This document shows, one piece after another, positions 1 through 12,802 of a stretch of 64,000 nucleotides of DNA. Location: positions 111,848,001-111,912,000 of the forward strand of contig CM075977.1 of NCBI GenBank assembly GCA_038087875.1, read 5' to 3'. Each line of letters opens with the position of its first letter. The stretch's first letter is position 1. Position numbers and translations under genes: made by a program. The stretch is from Malacoraja senta. Lineage: Eukaryota. The notes below the pieces were generated by a model. It was given only the letters and a program-made list of their open reading frames with translations, did no database searches and had not been told where the DNA came from.

Positions 1-310
1 AGCCTCCTAGCATCCTCCTCACAGCTAACACTGCCCCCCAGCTTCGTGTCATCCGCAAACTTGCAGTTGTTGCATTCAATTCCCTCGTCCAATTCATTAA
101 TATATATTGTAAATAGCTGGGGTCCCAGCACTAAGCCTTGCGTTACCCCACTAGTCACTGCCTGCCATTCTGAAAAATACCCGTTTACTCCTACTCTTTG
201 TTTCCTGTTTGCCAGCCAGTACTCTATCCTCATCAATACTGAACCCCCAATAACGTGTGCTTTAAGTTTGTATACTAATCTCTTATGTGGGGATTGTCGA
301 AAGCCTCCTG
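1..310 (-). mobile_element. CR1-type LINE fragment (RT region)
   Basis: Same sequence family as the recognisable CR1 RT copies at 43.5, 49 and 55 kb; degenerate. Confidence 0.7.
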
Positions 311-944
311 AAAGTCTTTCTAGAGTAGTTGCATCGGGGACCGGAGGACATAGGATTGCCCCTGATCTTTCCTCCTGAATAATTTAAATAAGTCCTCTCA
401 AAAATAACTTTCTACTTTCTTTTTCATCAGTGCCGAGTAGAAACACCTGGAACGAAATTGAAAATGGGTAAAGGGATTAGGCCAGTGTATGGTAACTGTG
501 GTTCAAGGTCTCCAAATAAAATAAACATAGACACAAAAAGCTGAAAATGGTCTCGACCCGAAATGCCACCCATTCGTTCTCTCCGGAGATGCTGCCTGTC
601 CCGCTGAGTTATTTCAGATTTTTGTATCTACCTTCGGTTTAATACAGCATCTGCAATTCCTTCATACACACTCTACATAAATGATTTCATCGTCTCGTGC
701 GTTGTTGACTGATATTTTTGTCCGTCCTTTCGACAGCTGCAACCTCGTGGAACATATTTAAATTTAGAAATATTATTAGCAAACCTACTTTACAGTTCGT
801 TTGTTCCGTACGTGCTGATTTGGTGCATGTGCAATGAACGACTACCCTCGTGATTGATGTCGTATAACGTCACAGTGGAGCAAAATCCGTAATGAATGTC
901 CACAGGGACGTAATCTCAATAAATCGTTAATCTTTTCCTTGGCT

Positions 945-950
945 TATAAA
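945..950 (+). promoter_or_regulatory. Candidate TATA box of GPCR copy 1
   Basis: TATAAA 81 nt upstream of the ATG; conserved at the same offset in copy 2 (31294-31299). Position only, no transcript evidence. Confidence 0.3.
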
Positions 951-1025
951 TGTTCAGTGGTTTAACCTCCCAATATAGCATCTGTAAGCTTTGTACTGGA
1001 TTTCAGAGTTCGTTGTTAAGGAGAA

Positions 1026-1095
1026 ATGGGTCGCCTGCAACACTTGTCGGTTGAATATTATTATTACCCAATTCTGGCAACAATTGGTGTGCCCG
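1026..1095 (+). CDS. GPR139-like class A GPCR copy 1, exon 1
   Basis: ATG at 1026 gives MGRLQHLSVEYYYYPILATIGVP, followed by a phase-1 donor G|GTAGGT; joins exon 2 in frame; conserved in copy 2. Confidence 0.8.
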
Positions 1096-1321
1096 GTAGG
1101 TCACTTGACAGTTGAAAGTTGGATGGACTTGACGACATTTGATTGGGAAACGGCAATGATGACAATAAAGTGTAAATAGTGTGACAAAATGTGCTAAATG
1201 CTAGGTTGCGCCATGGAACAGGGTTTGGGGAATAACCCACAAGTTATTGTATGCTTTAAATATATTTCATCGATTGCCGTTTACTGGGACTGGTATATAA
1301 TTGTTCTTGCATTATTGTTAA

Positions 1322-1678
1322 GAGTCAAGTCAAGAGTCCAGAGTGTATAATTGTCATATGTCCCGGAAGGGACAATGAAATTCTTACTTGCTGCAGCTCA
1401 ACAGAATATGTGAATATGTAATAATTCTATATAATGGTGAAAAAAGAAAAAGTTCAATGAATAACAAATATAGTGCAAATAGCACATAATAATATAGTAT
1501 TTTGCAGTTCAGAGCTCTTAGATGATTCGTTGTGTTTAATAGCCTGATGGCTGTGGGGAAGTAGCTGTTCCTGAACCTGGGCGTTAGAGTCTCCAAGCTC
1601 GTGTACCTTGTCCTTGATGGCAGTGGTGAGATAAGTGTGTGGCCAGGATGGTGTGGGGCCTTGATGAGTTTGGCTGCA
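1322..1678 (-). mobile_element. 5'-truncated Rex1/Babar-like LINE tail in the GPCR intron
   Basis: Encodes HHPGHTLISPLPS..RFRNSYFPTAIRLLN and ends in a (TTGACTC)n-type tail; absent from the paralogous intron (attgttaa|gtgaag at ~31673). Same family as 63505-63930. Confidence 0.75.
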
Positions 1679-2172
1679 GTGAAGTAACAGCCAAGTAAGT
1701 TGAGCGACAAAGGCTGCATCTTGTTTTACCTCGGGCGATTGCATTTCCCGCATGTATTTTTGTCTCCATCTGGTTTCCCATTTTATGGCTTTAAAGTTCG
1801 TTAATTTTAACTGTGAGATGACCGCATCGCGTGCAGGTAATCTCTATTATACACCGCCCCTGCAAACGTTGCAAACCCGGTAAGCAAATGCCGATCCGAA
1901 AGGTGCGCCACATTAACACTGATTTTAGTCTTGTTGTTCATACTACACTTCCGTTTAAACAGTTTCTCAGTTGATTAATTCACTGTTAGGTGGAATGTTT
2001 GTTCTTGAGCGCAGTATCAGGGATTGCCTTCAAACCAAAGGAAATCTCCGTCCATGCCATGCTTTTCACAATTTTAGGAAATTAAGCAAAGTAATAATAT
2101 ATACACACCCATTACTCAACTCGAAGTACTTCTGTCCATAGAATCACCATTGCTTCTTTCTTACTCCCCTAG

Positions 2173-3080
2173 TGAATCTACTGGCGATTGTGGTCCTGAC
2201 CCGAGGAAAGTGCGGTCTCTCTAAATGCATCACTCGTTATCTGGTGGCTATGGCGACGGCGGACCTCACGGTGATTGTCTCTGAAGTGATTTTTAATCGG
2301 ATTGCCGTTATTTATTGGCGGAACACAATCCTGTACTTCACTCCTGTGTGCAGGTTTATTCTCTTCCTGTCCGCCGCGGCGGTAGACTGTTCCGTTTGGT
2401 TCACGGTCGCATTCACATTTGATAGGTTTGTGGCCATCTCCAAACAGAATCTGAGATCCAGATACTGTACCGACAGAAACGCGGCGGTGGTTATGATGAC
2501 TCTGTGTACCTTCTTCTGTTTACAGAACGTTCCCTGGCCTTTCGCTTATAATCCTTTGTCCAATAATGGTTTACTGTGGGGCTGCCGAATCCGATCGGAC
2601 TTCTATTTCCTGCCCGCATGGATCGCATTTTCTTGGATTGAGCCGTTGTTGACCCCAGTGATTCCATTCTGTTTGATTTTGGTCTTTAATGCGCACACGG
2701 CTAGACGTATTTTAATGGCCAATCGGGTCCGCAGGAGGCTCCGCGATCTCAGTCTTGGAGACCCGGAGACGGAAAGCCGTAAACGGTCAATAATTTTACT
2801 CTTTGCAATCTCCAGCAGCTTTATCCTGCTCTGGGTCACAACTGTATGTAATTTTGTTTACTATCGATGTGTCAACGGATTTTGGACGAGAGGGTTGACA
2901 AACCCATTTGTAACATTCGAAAAAACTGGAGTTCTGCTGCAGCTGCTGAACACCTGTACAAACACACTGATTTACACCGTCACGCAGGGGAAGTTCAGAG
3001 AGCAGCTCCTTCACGCACTTCAATGGCCCGTCGCGCTAACTGGAAAGTTTGTGCAACATATCAAATCATTTTTTAAATGA
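2173..3080 (+). CDS. GPR139-like class A GPCR copy 1, exon 2 (about 325 aa in total)
   Basis: Pyrimidine tract and AG at 2171-2172; uninterrupted 7TM ORF with LVAMATADL (TM2), AFTFDRFVAI (DRY-like) and NTCTNTLIY (NPxxY-like). Confidence 0.9.
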
Positions 3081-4374
3081 CATCAGGTAACAAGTCTACC
3101 CGGGTGTGACTTTATGGATCTCTGGTGAAGAGGGAGCATTGAACGAAAATATCACCTATATTTCCAAAACATTTCAAAAAACGTCACTCATATTCGGCTA
3201 AAACAATAATATCCCAGGACATGACGGCGTATAGCCGTTTCGGCGGCCCCACCGCTACGCAGACCCATCCCCTGCCCTTTAAATTGAACACCGCTGGTTT
3301 CCCTATTGCTTTACGGCTAGGGCGGTAGGCGAGGACCCGATGTCCACTTCTCCTGGAGCGGACGCCCGGAATTTCCAGTTGAAGAATTCCGCGACATCTC
3401 TGATTTCCTTTCAATCCAGCGGCCGTCCCATTCGGCACTAAATGCAAAACCTCTAATTTTCCCTATGTGTTCCACGTTCTTCGCACCTTAATTCTTCGAA
3501 GCACCCCGGGATTACTCATGTGGGTGCCCAAGTCACAAATTTACTTGAGATATTAAAGTAGAGTGCGTCTCCCACATTCCAGCAGCAACATTCAACTAAC
3601 CGGGAGTTTCATTATATTATTGGTGCTCCCTTTCAACAGAACATGTTATACCCATTTAGAGGCGCTTTCGGATTACATTACACTAATTAACTAAGCAGCA
3701 GATGGAAGTTACGAGAATTGCTGGTGTTCATACAAGCCAGCGTAGCTACATAATCTATATTTTTAGAGGAAGGAGATATTGACAGTCTACGGTTTCGACC
3801 GCGGTAATGTCCATAGATACGATTGATGTGCAGACGATCTGACGGATTGTATACCTAAATGCCGCATCTCCCATGTAGAGATTGGCTTTATCGCTGTCTC
3901 TTTTCTGCTGAAACGATATTGGCTGGTTATATAGCCCATTCTTCAAATATCTTTGCAATATTACACGTTCCATCTGAACATTCAAATTGTGGACCAGATT
4001 GGCGAATCCTGACAGAGCCTCACGACATTCACATAAGACCAGGAAAAAAATGACGCGTGGTTCTGTGAGGTATTGTCAGCCTTTTGCCAGTGACATAGGG
4101 TGAGTTATCTTCCAAGAGTCAAGATTGTTTTATTATCCTCTGTCCTAAAGCCGAACAATAAAGGGCGTACTCGCAGCACCACAGCAGACAAGTAAACATC
4201 GTACTGTGCAAAAAAAAACTGAATATAAAACAATGCCGCCCCTCCACACGCCATCCACCAACCACAAACAAAACTGTTCTATTGAGTCCACATCTCTCCA
4301 ATAGATTTCTCAAATGCATATTTATCTGCAGCTGACTCAATTGACTGATGCAAAATCTAATGAAACTTCGACCA

Positions 4375-4920
4375 GTAATAGACAATAGACAATAGACAAT
4401 ATGTCCAGGAGTAGGCCATTCGGCCTGTCGAGCCAACACCGCCATTCAATGTGACCATGGCTGATCATCCGCAATCAGTACCCCGTTCCTGCCTTCTCCT
4501 CATAACCACTAACTCCGCTCTCTTTAAGAGCCCGATCTCGCTCTCGCTTGAAGTATCCAGAGAACCGGCCTCCACCACAATCTGAGGCAGAGAATTCCAC
4601 AGACTCGCTATTCTCTGCGTGAAAAAGTGTTTCCTCATCTCCGTTCAAAATGGCCTATCCCTTATTCTTACACCGTGCCCCCCTGATTCTGGACTTCCCC
4701 AACATCGGGAACATGTTCCCTGCCTCTAGCGTTTCCAAATCCTTACTAATCTTATGTTTCAATAACATCCCCTATCACCTTTCTAAATTCCAGAATATAC
4801 AAGCCCAGCTGCTCCATTCTCCTAGCATATGACAGCTCCGCCATCCCGGGAATTAACCTTGTAAACTTACGCTGCACTCCGTCAATAGCAAGAATGTCCT
4901 TCCTCAAATTAGGGGACATG
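4375..4920 (-). mobile_element. CR1 LINE 3' end
   Basis: (GACAATA)n tail plus the CR1 3' terminal motif ggagtaggccattcggcc, shared with many copies in the window. Confidence 0.8.
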
Positions 4921-4998
4921 TAATGTTAGGAATCCTGTCATGGAGTTATATTGTAAATGCTTCATTATGATTAATTTTTCAAATGTGCTCCCCGAGAT

Positions 4999-6042
4999 GT
5001 AGCAATGTTACAACATTTTGAGATTTAAAAAATAAAGTCTGCAATTTATCCCATCAGATAAAGCATAAAAAGAAGTTTAATTTGACACTTAATTCACTTT
5101 CATATCTTCAGTATTAAAAAAGTTATGGCCATTATCATACTCAGAAATTAGCATCTAGTTCCCTATTGCTTTTCCATTGACTTAACACAAAAGCTGTGAT
5201 CGAGGACAGTTAAAAGCCCATAACTTTCTTAAAAATTATGGTAACTGAAAGAAATTTTCAGGTATTATAGATTGAAGCATTCTGAAACAAATATGAAACA
5301 ATCTTACTTCGAAGACATGAAAGTAAAGCATATAATTAGTTAGTTACCTAATTGTAGCTAATTACAAAATTCAATTACTAGATCTAAACATCTATCAATT
5401 TCTTAAGAATAGATTAACATTTTTAAATAGCCTAAGTGTCCAAATAACATTCACACAATAATTCACAATATAACATAATTTTTTAATCTAATTTTCATGA
5501 ATTTACAGGCCAAATGGAAGGAATTGAATGTTTAATACCTGTAAATTAATGGGGATTTAATTCATCTTGCGAGTGAGAATTTCTGGAACGCGATCTTTTG
5601 GAACGTTCATTTGCGGTGAATTTAACCCCGTATTGGCATGAAAAATACTGCCGTTAATTCGGGGAATAAAATCACCGTGTCGCATGACAAAATGTGAATT
5701 AAAGGCTTCTTAAGAAGCACTTTTATACATTTAAAGAAAGCACTTTCGTTTACCTGTCCATTGTGTGAAATCCGTCCCCGTTATTGGCGTTGACGCTTCA
5801 GGAGCTGATTTTAAAATGACTGTAGCGCTGACATTGACGATTTAATTAAAAAAAAAAAAATCACAAAACGCGGGTAGGAACGATTTTGTCAGCGAAGTTT
5901 TGTACTCCAACAAAATATTTCCAGGACAAGGGAGAAGAAACCGCGTTTTAACCCCGCCCCCCCCTTAAAGGCGCCAAAATCGCGCACACGGCCAGTGGCA
6001 GAATTACAGCGCGACTGAAGGTAAGTTTTGTAACATACCTAC
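4999..6042. mobile_element. Non-autonomous TIR DNA transposon, 1044 bp
   Basis: Imperfect TIR GTAGCAATGTTACAA / TTGTAACATACCTAC; direct repeat GAGAT at 4994-4998 and 6043-6047; empty site in the paralog at ~33920-33940. Confidence 0.8.
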
Positions 6043-6639
6043 GAGATGCCGATTTACACCAAACCGTGACATCGGGAAGGAATCGGTCGCTATCGCAGAA
6101 TATGTTCCAGATTCGTTGTTCGTTCGTTTTGGCATGCTCTGCAAGGTCCCGTTAAACAGCTCGCAGAACTCATATTACATCGGAATTAAATACCCATGAC
6201 AGACATATTACCTTTTCTCTTGTTATCAACTAAACAAATATGTGATATTTAAGGTAATGTTTATATTGTGATCAATCTCTTTATCTCAACATGTTGCAGA
6301 CAGTTCCTTGTGACATAGGAAAACGAATTTACAGCTCTTCTTGGAAATTATGGAATTTTTTCCGAATCGTTGACAAATGTTCATTTCAATATCGATTCAA
6401 ATTGACTTGTTCTATGTTCCCTTTGATATTAAAGAGTGAAGTCTGCTCGAAACCAAATATCCAAACTTGTTCTCCGAGTGTTCCTTTCACTATTTTCTTA
6501 CAATGGATGGACGTTTATCAGTGTTCAGGATTGTATTGGTTGAATACATTTTAAGCGCTGATTGACGAAGAACTATAGGTGTACATCAGAATGATCCCGT
6601 CCCGTCACGTTCATTTGCTGCTTTGAATCAAAATAACAG

Positions 6640-7790
6640 CTGAGAGGGCAGAAGAGCTACCACCTGAAACATTGACGACTGCTTCGGTGCTACCTCCTTC
6701 ACCCACGCAGAACTGCCGAACTTCATTAACTTCACAACTAATTTCCAACCCGCACTGAAATTCACTTGGGCCAAATCCGATATCTCCCGACCGTTTCTTT
6801 ATCTCGCCGTCTCTATCAGAGGAGATAGACTATCGACGGGCATCTACTATAAACCTACTGACTCCCACAGCTATCTTGACTACATTTCTTCCCACTCTGC
6901 CTCCTGTAAAGACTCTATCCCCTACTCCCAATTCCTCTGTCTACGCCGCATCTGCGCCAACGCTTAAGTGTTCCATACCATGACATCTGAGATGTACTCA
7001 TCCTTTATTCACCAGGGTTCACCTCTTACATTATAGATTAGTCCCTCACTGAGCTCTTCTCGATATTCCGCAGCTCTGCTCTTGCTCCCCTCCCCCAGTC
7101 GCAACAGGAACAGTATCGCCCAGTCTGCACATTTCAACCCATCAGCCATGTATAAGCATATGAACCTCCCATATTTCCTCCACCTCTAACGGGATCCTAC
7201 CACGAGCGATATCTTCCCATCTTCAACCCTATCCATTTTCCGCAGAGACCGGTCCCTCCGAAACTCACTGGTTAACATGTCCTTCCCGTTAATAACCCCC
7301 CCACCCCCACCACCCCCTCTTCCTTGGTACTTTCCTCTGCAACCGCGGGAGCTACGATGCCTGTCCCTATACCCCCTCCCTAGACTCCGTCCAAGGCCCC
7401 GGACAGTTTCTCGGGTGAGGCAGAGATTCATATGCATCTCCTCCAACCTCATCTACTGTGTCCGCTGTTCCAGGTGTTGGCTCCTATATATCGGCGACAC
7501 CAAGCGCAGGCTCTGCGATCGTTTCGCTGAACACCTTATCTCAGACCGCCTGGAACTGCCCGATCTCCCGCTTGCCAAACACTTTAATTCCCCTTCCCAT
7601 TCCCACACTAACGTGTGGCTCCTACGCCTCCTCCATTGTCAGAGCGAGGCCAAACACAAACTTTGGAGGAACAGCATCTCATATTTCGCTTAGAGAGCTT
7701 ACAACCCAGTAGTATGAAGATTGATTTCTCTCACTTCAAGTAACCTCTGCATTCTCACTCTCTCTCCATCACTCCCTCACCTAAGTCGCA
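6640..7790 (+). mobile_element. Penelope-like retroelement (RT C-terminus and GIY-YIG endonuclease), degenerate
   Basis: CISSNLIYCVRCSRC.LLYIGDTKRRL.DRFAEHL matches the Penelope GIY-YIG motif. Confidence 0.85.
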
Positions 7791-7869
7791 GTTTATTCCA
7801 AATCATCTTCTTCAGTCTCATGGTCTACAAGTCGTTCAAACCTAAAAAAAGTTTTTGCATATCTTAGAA

Positions 7870-9310
7870 ACACAAAAACATAGAAAAATTGGTGTAGGAG
7901 TAGGCAATTCGGCCCTTCGAGCCAGCACCGCCAGCCAATATGATGACTGCTGATCATCTAAAATCAGTACCCCGTTCCTGATTTTTACCCATATCCTAGA
8001 TTGTTATTGCTCTAAGAGTAAAATCTAACTCTCTTTAAAACATCGAGTGAATTGGCCTACACTCCCTTCTGTGGCAGAGATTCCACACGATCACAACTAA
8101 CTGGGTGAAAATATTTTTCCTCATCTCGGTCCTAAATGGGCTCCCCTTATTCTAAAATTGTGACCTCTAGTTTTGGACTTCATCAACATCGGGAACATTT
8201 TACATGCATGCAGCCTATCCAATCCTTTATGAATATTATATGTTTCTGTAAGATTGCCTTCCATCCTTCTAAATTCCAGGAAATACAAGCCCAGTTCACC
8301 CATTCTTTTATCATAGCTCAGTCCCGCCATACCAGGAATTAACCTACGCTACAGTCACTCAATAGCAATAATGTCATTCCTCAAATTAGAAGACCAAAAT
8401 TGCACACAATACTCCAGGTGCGGTCTCACCAGGGACCCGTACAAATGCAGTAGGACCTCCTTGCTCCTATACTCATCCTCTCGCAATGAAGGCCAACATG
8501 CCATTAGATACATCACTGTCTGCTGTACATGCACGCTCACGTTCAATGACGGATGGACAAGCACACCCAGGTTTTGTTTCACATCCCCTTTACCAAATCT
8601 GACACCATAACGATAGTAACCTAGTCCAAATCCTTAATATATATTGTAAATACCTGGGACCCAGCACCAGTACCCCACTAGTCACTGCATTCTTTCATTC
8701 GTCTATTCTATGTATCCCAACATCACCGTCTGGATATCTCGTTTCCATTTCTCCTGGCTCTCCTGTCAGAAGCACACTGCCAACCTGATCAAGTTCAGTG
8801 CCATTGTTTCCTCTCTGATCTTCTGCACATAGACGTTAGAGAAAGAGTGTAGAAACAGGCCCTTCGGCCCAACGAGGTCGTACCCAGCGATCACTTCGTA
8901 CACTTCCACTATCCTACACACTAGGAACAATGTCAAATTTACAGAATCCAATTAATCTACCAACCTGTACATCTTTGGAATGCATTGGAATGGAATGGGA
9001 TGGGATGGAATGGAATGGAATGATTTATTGTCACATGTGACAAGCCACCCCCTCCCTTTCCAAATCTGACACCATTACGATGGTAATCCGCCTTCATGTT
9101 CTTGCCACTAAAGTGTATACTCTCAAACATATCCAAATTATACTGCATCTGTCATGCGTTTGCCCACTCACCCAACCTATCCAAGTCACCCTGCAGCCTC
9201 ATAGCATCCTGATCGCATCGCAAACTTGGAGATGTCACATTTAATTCTCTCGTCCAAATCTTTAATATATATTGTAAATAATTGAGGTCCCAGCACCGAG
9301 CCTTGCGGCA
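7870..9310 (-). mobile_element. CR1 LINE 3' portion with an internal patchwork insertion
   Basis: Minus-strand ORFs LVRPHLEYCVQFWS and LYFLEFRRMEGNL are CR1 RT C-terminal sequence. Confidence 0.8.
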
Positions 9311-12300
9311 CCCCACTAGTCACTGCATTCTTTCATTGATCTATTCTATATCTCCCTACATCACCGTCTGTATATCTCGTTTCAATTTCCCTGACTCTCA
9401 AGTCTGAAGAAGGGCCTCGACCCGAAACGTCACCTATTCCTTTTTTCCAGAGATGCTATCTCACCCGCTGAATTACTGGAAGCTTTTTGTGTCTGTATTC
9501 GATCCTCAGTATGACATTAGGTTAAAAATAAAACGCATGGCGACTAGCACAATGCACACCACTCCTCTAGACTTCTCATCAGACCTATTAATAAAGGGAA
9601 TAAAACATCTGTATCCAGTAGTCAAGGCCTCGCGTTAGAAAGACCAATGCAACATGTGGCTCACCACGGTTGCGAGCTATTTTCTTTTTTTTTACATACT
9701 CTTTTATTGGCATTCCACAGCAAACACATTTCCATAGAATGGGTTTCAGGTATAATGCTATATGTATAAATCATCCACTTATGTTTGTCTTGAATTGCCT
9801 CTTTTTGAGAATTGTACAAAACAAATATAGAAACAGGAACACAGTAAAAACTACAAACACATAGGGAGTGATCCTTTCTTCACCATATAATCAAAAATTT
9901 GTAAAAAATAAAGTCTGGCCTATGAGGCGTTACAAAGTTAACCCAGTTTTCCCAGCGTGACACAAATAAATCTAGTTTTAACTTAACATATGCTGTTATT
10001 TTCTCCATTTTATAAATGTCCATTGTAATGTCCATCCATGCATTCAAAGTTGGGCTCTCCTGTGATGACCATTTCTTTGTGAGAGCTTCTTGTTTTACCA
10101 CCTACCATCAATATATTCAGTACGTATTTGTCTTTTTTCCGCCAGTCTTCGTGTATGAGTCCAAAAAACATGGTCTTATTGTCCAGGGGCACTTGACATG
10201 TCTTGTAAGGCATCATTTAACTCTCTCCAAAAATCTTTAATAACAGGGCAATCCCAGAGAACATGGTAATGATCTGCCTTTAAATGTCCACATATACTCC
10301 AACAAACTGCAGAGTTCCCACCATAATGGGATTTCTGAAAATGCGTAATAAAATACCGTATCAGGCTTTTCCAACTAAACTCCCTCCAGTTTTGTGAGCT
10401 GGTACACTTCCATTGATACCTCCATATTGCTCTCCATTCTTCCTCGGATATGATTATCCCTCCTTCCTTCCCCATTTCATTTTATTATATAAGGTTGAGT
10501 GTGATAAAGATTCAGTCATCCTTTATACATACATGAAATAATTTTACTATCAGTATTTGAGTTATACGCTTTCCTAATTAATCCCACCAAACCTATACTC
10601 GACGCCGTTATATTTGTAACATTTTTATTATTAACATAGTTCCGCATCTGTAAGTATCGATAGAAGTCTTGTTTTTCTAACAGGAATTTTCTTTAAGCAT
10701 TTCAAAAATTAACAGTGTTCCTTCTTTCATTGTGTTACAAAGAGCAGTTGTGCCTTTAAATGTCCACTCTTTAAACCTACTATCTAATGTATTAGAAGTA
10801 AAGTCTGTGTTATATGCGCACCATTTAAGGATTTTAATGTCTTCCTATAAATTATACTCTGTTATAACTGTGTTACACATTTTAAGAGTCAATTTTACCC
10901 AAGGATTTTCAATAGCATTTATATAGTCTTGTACGTTGTTGTCAGCTATGATCGCTTGTACAGGAATGGCGAGTGTTCTCTCTTCAATATTATTCCATTG
11001 AGCATCATATGATGGGTTGCACCAGCATATCATAAGTCTTATCTGTGCTGCCTGATATTAGTCTTTGAGAGAGGGTAGACCCTATCCCCCCTTTTCTTTT
11101 GTTAACTGTAAGGATTTGAGACGGGTCCTAGGCCTTTTACCTTGCTATATAAATCTTGACAATATTTTGTCCCAATCATTAAATTATTTTTGATTAATCT
11201 CTAATGGTAGCGTGAGAAATATATATATAATAGTCTTGGCAATATGTTCATTTTAATAGATTTAATTCTCGAGCTGAGACTTAAGAAAGGAATTAGGTTC
11301 CATCTAGCTATATCCTCCTTAATGTTTTGGTGAATAGTTGCATTCTGATAGTTCTGTTAGATCCCTTGGTATAATGATGCCCAAATATTTGAGATGTTCT
11401 GCTTGCCATGCCAGAGGGTACCTACCTCTGACTTATCCTGATGGGCTGTAGTTGTATGTAATCAGTTGTGTTTTATCTATGTCAATTTTGTATCTTGATA
11501 GTTGTCGGTATTGTTCGAGTGATTGCATCAATTTAGGTAGAAAGTTTGTTGGTTGCCCCAAATAAATCAAAATGTCATCCGCAAAACAGGCCAATTTATG
11601 TTCAGTCCCTTGAATAGTAATACCTTTAATTTCTTCATTTTGTCTTATATATTGAGCTAGTGGTTCCAAATATAACGCAAAGAGTAATGGTGACCACGCA
11701 CATCCCTGTCTTCAACCCCTTTCTCGAGAAAAACTCTTTGATAAATATCAGTTAACGTTAATTCTAGCAGTTGGCTGTTTATATAGTGTCTGTATGGCTT
11801 TAAGAACAGTGTCATATAGGCCAAATATATGTAGAACTCGATAGAGAAAATTCCAGTTCACAGAGTCGAATGCCTTTTCAGCATCCACACTTATCACTAT
11901 TGCTTCAATTTTATTTTTTTGAATGTAGTCCACAATATGTAGTGTCCGTCCTATATTGTCCTGTGTTAGACGTTGCCGAATAAAACCTGGCTGGTCATTA
12001 CGTATTAATTTAGGCAAGAACTGTTCTAACCGTTTGGACATGATAGAAGTGAATAATTTATCATCTACATTAAGAACTGATATCGATCTAATTGGCCCAA
12101 ACTATGTTTTATCTTTACCTTCTTTTGGTATAGCGGAGATAATTGCCTCCCTCCAGCTCGGTGGTGTTTGTGCCTTTTTTTCAACCTAGTTTAATGTACG
12201 GAGTATAATAGGTGTTAACTCATCTTTAAATTCCTTATACCATTCTGCCGTATAACCATCAGATCCTGTTGACTTGTTCAGCTTAAGCCTACTAATTGCA

Positions 12301-12802
12301 ATTTTTAATTCATCTTCTGTTATGTCTCAAGTCATTGTATTGTTTTGTTCCTCATTTAAGGTGGGCAAATCTAAGGAATTCAGAAAGATGTCTACTTGAG
12401 TTTGGCTACCTGGAACTTCAGAATACAGAGTTCGAAAGAATAATTCAAAGGCTTCCTGAATTGCACAATTTACTTTGCAATATTTTTGTTCTTGGGTCTC
12501 TGATTCTGATTTTCAACCATCTTTTTTTTCAGTTTCCACGCCAGTACTTTCATAGATTTAGAACCACTTTCATAGTGCCCCTGTTCAAGGAACATTAAAT
12601 TTCTCTTGATTTCTTGTGCAGCCAGATTGTTGATTTCATTCCTAGTATTCCTAATTTCCTCCAAAGTATTGTGCGCCAGCATCAATTTGTGTTTCCTTTC
12701 TAGTTCCTTCAGCTTATTTTGCAAATCCTCAAATGTTGTATTCCTTATTTTTTTCTTATATGAAGATATTGCTATAATGTTTCCTCTTAGAATATCATTC
12801 AA

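Noticed and set aside
8985-9022. (GGAAT)n run resembling human satellite III (also at ~21.0 and ~37.6 kb)
   Set aside because: It is the short microsatellite tail of a LINE-type insertion, next to an AATAAA on the minus strand in the 9.0-kb copy, and was copied by the local duplications.
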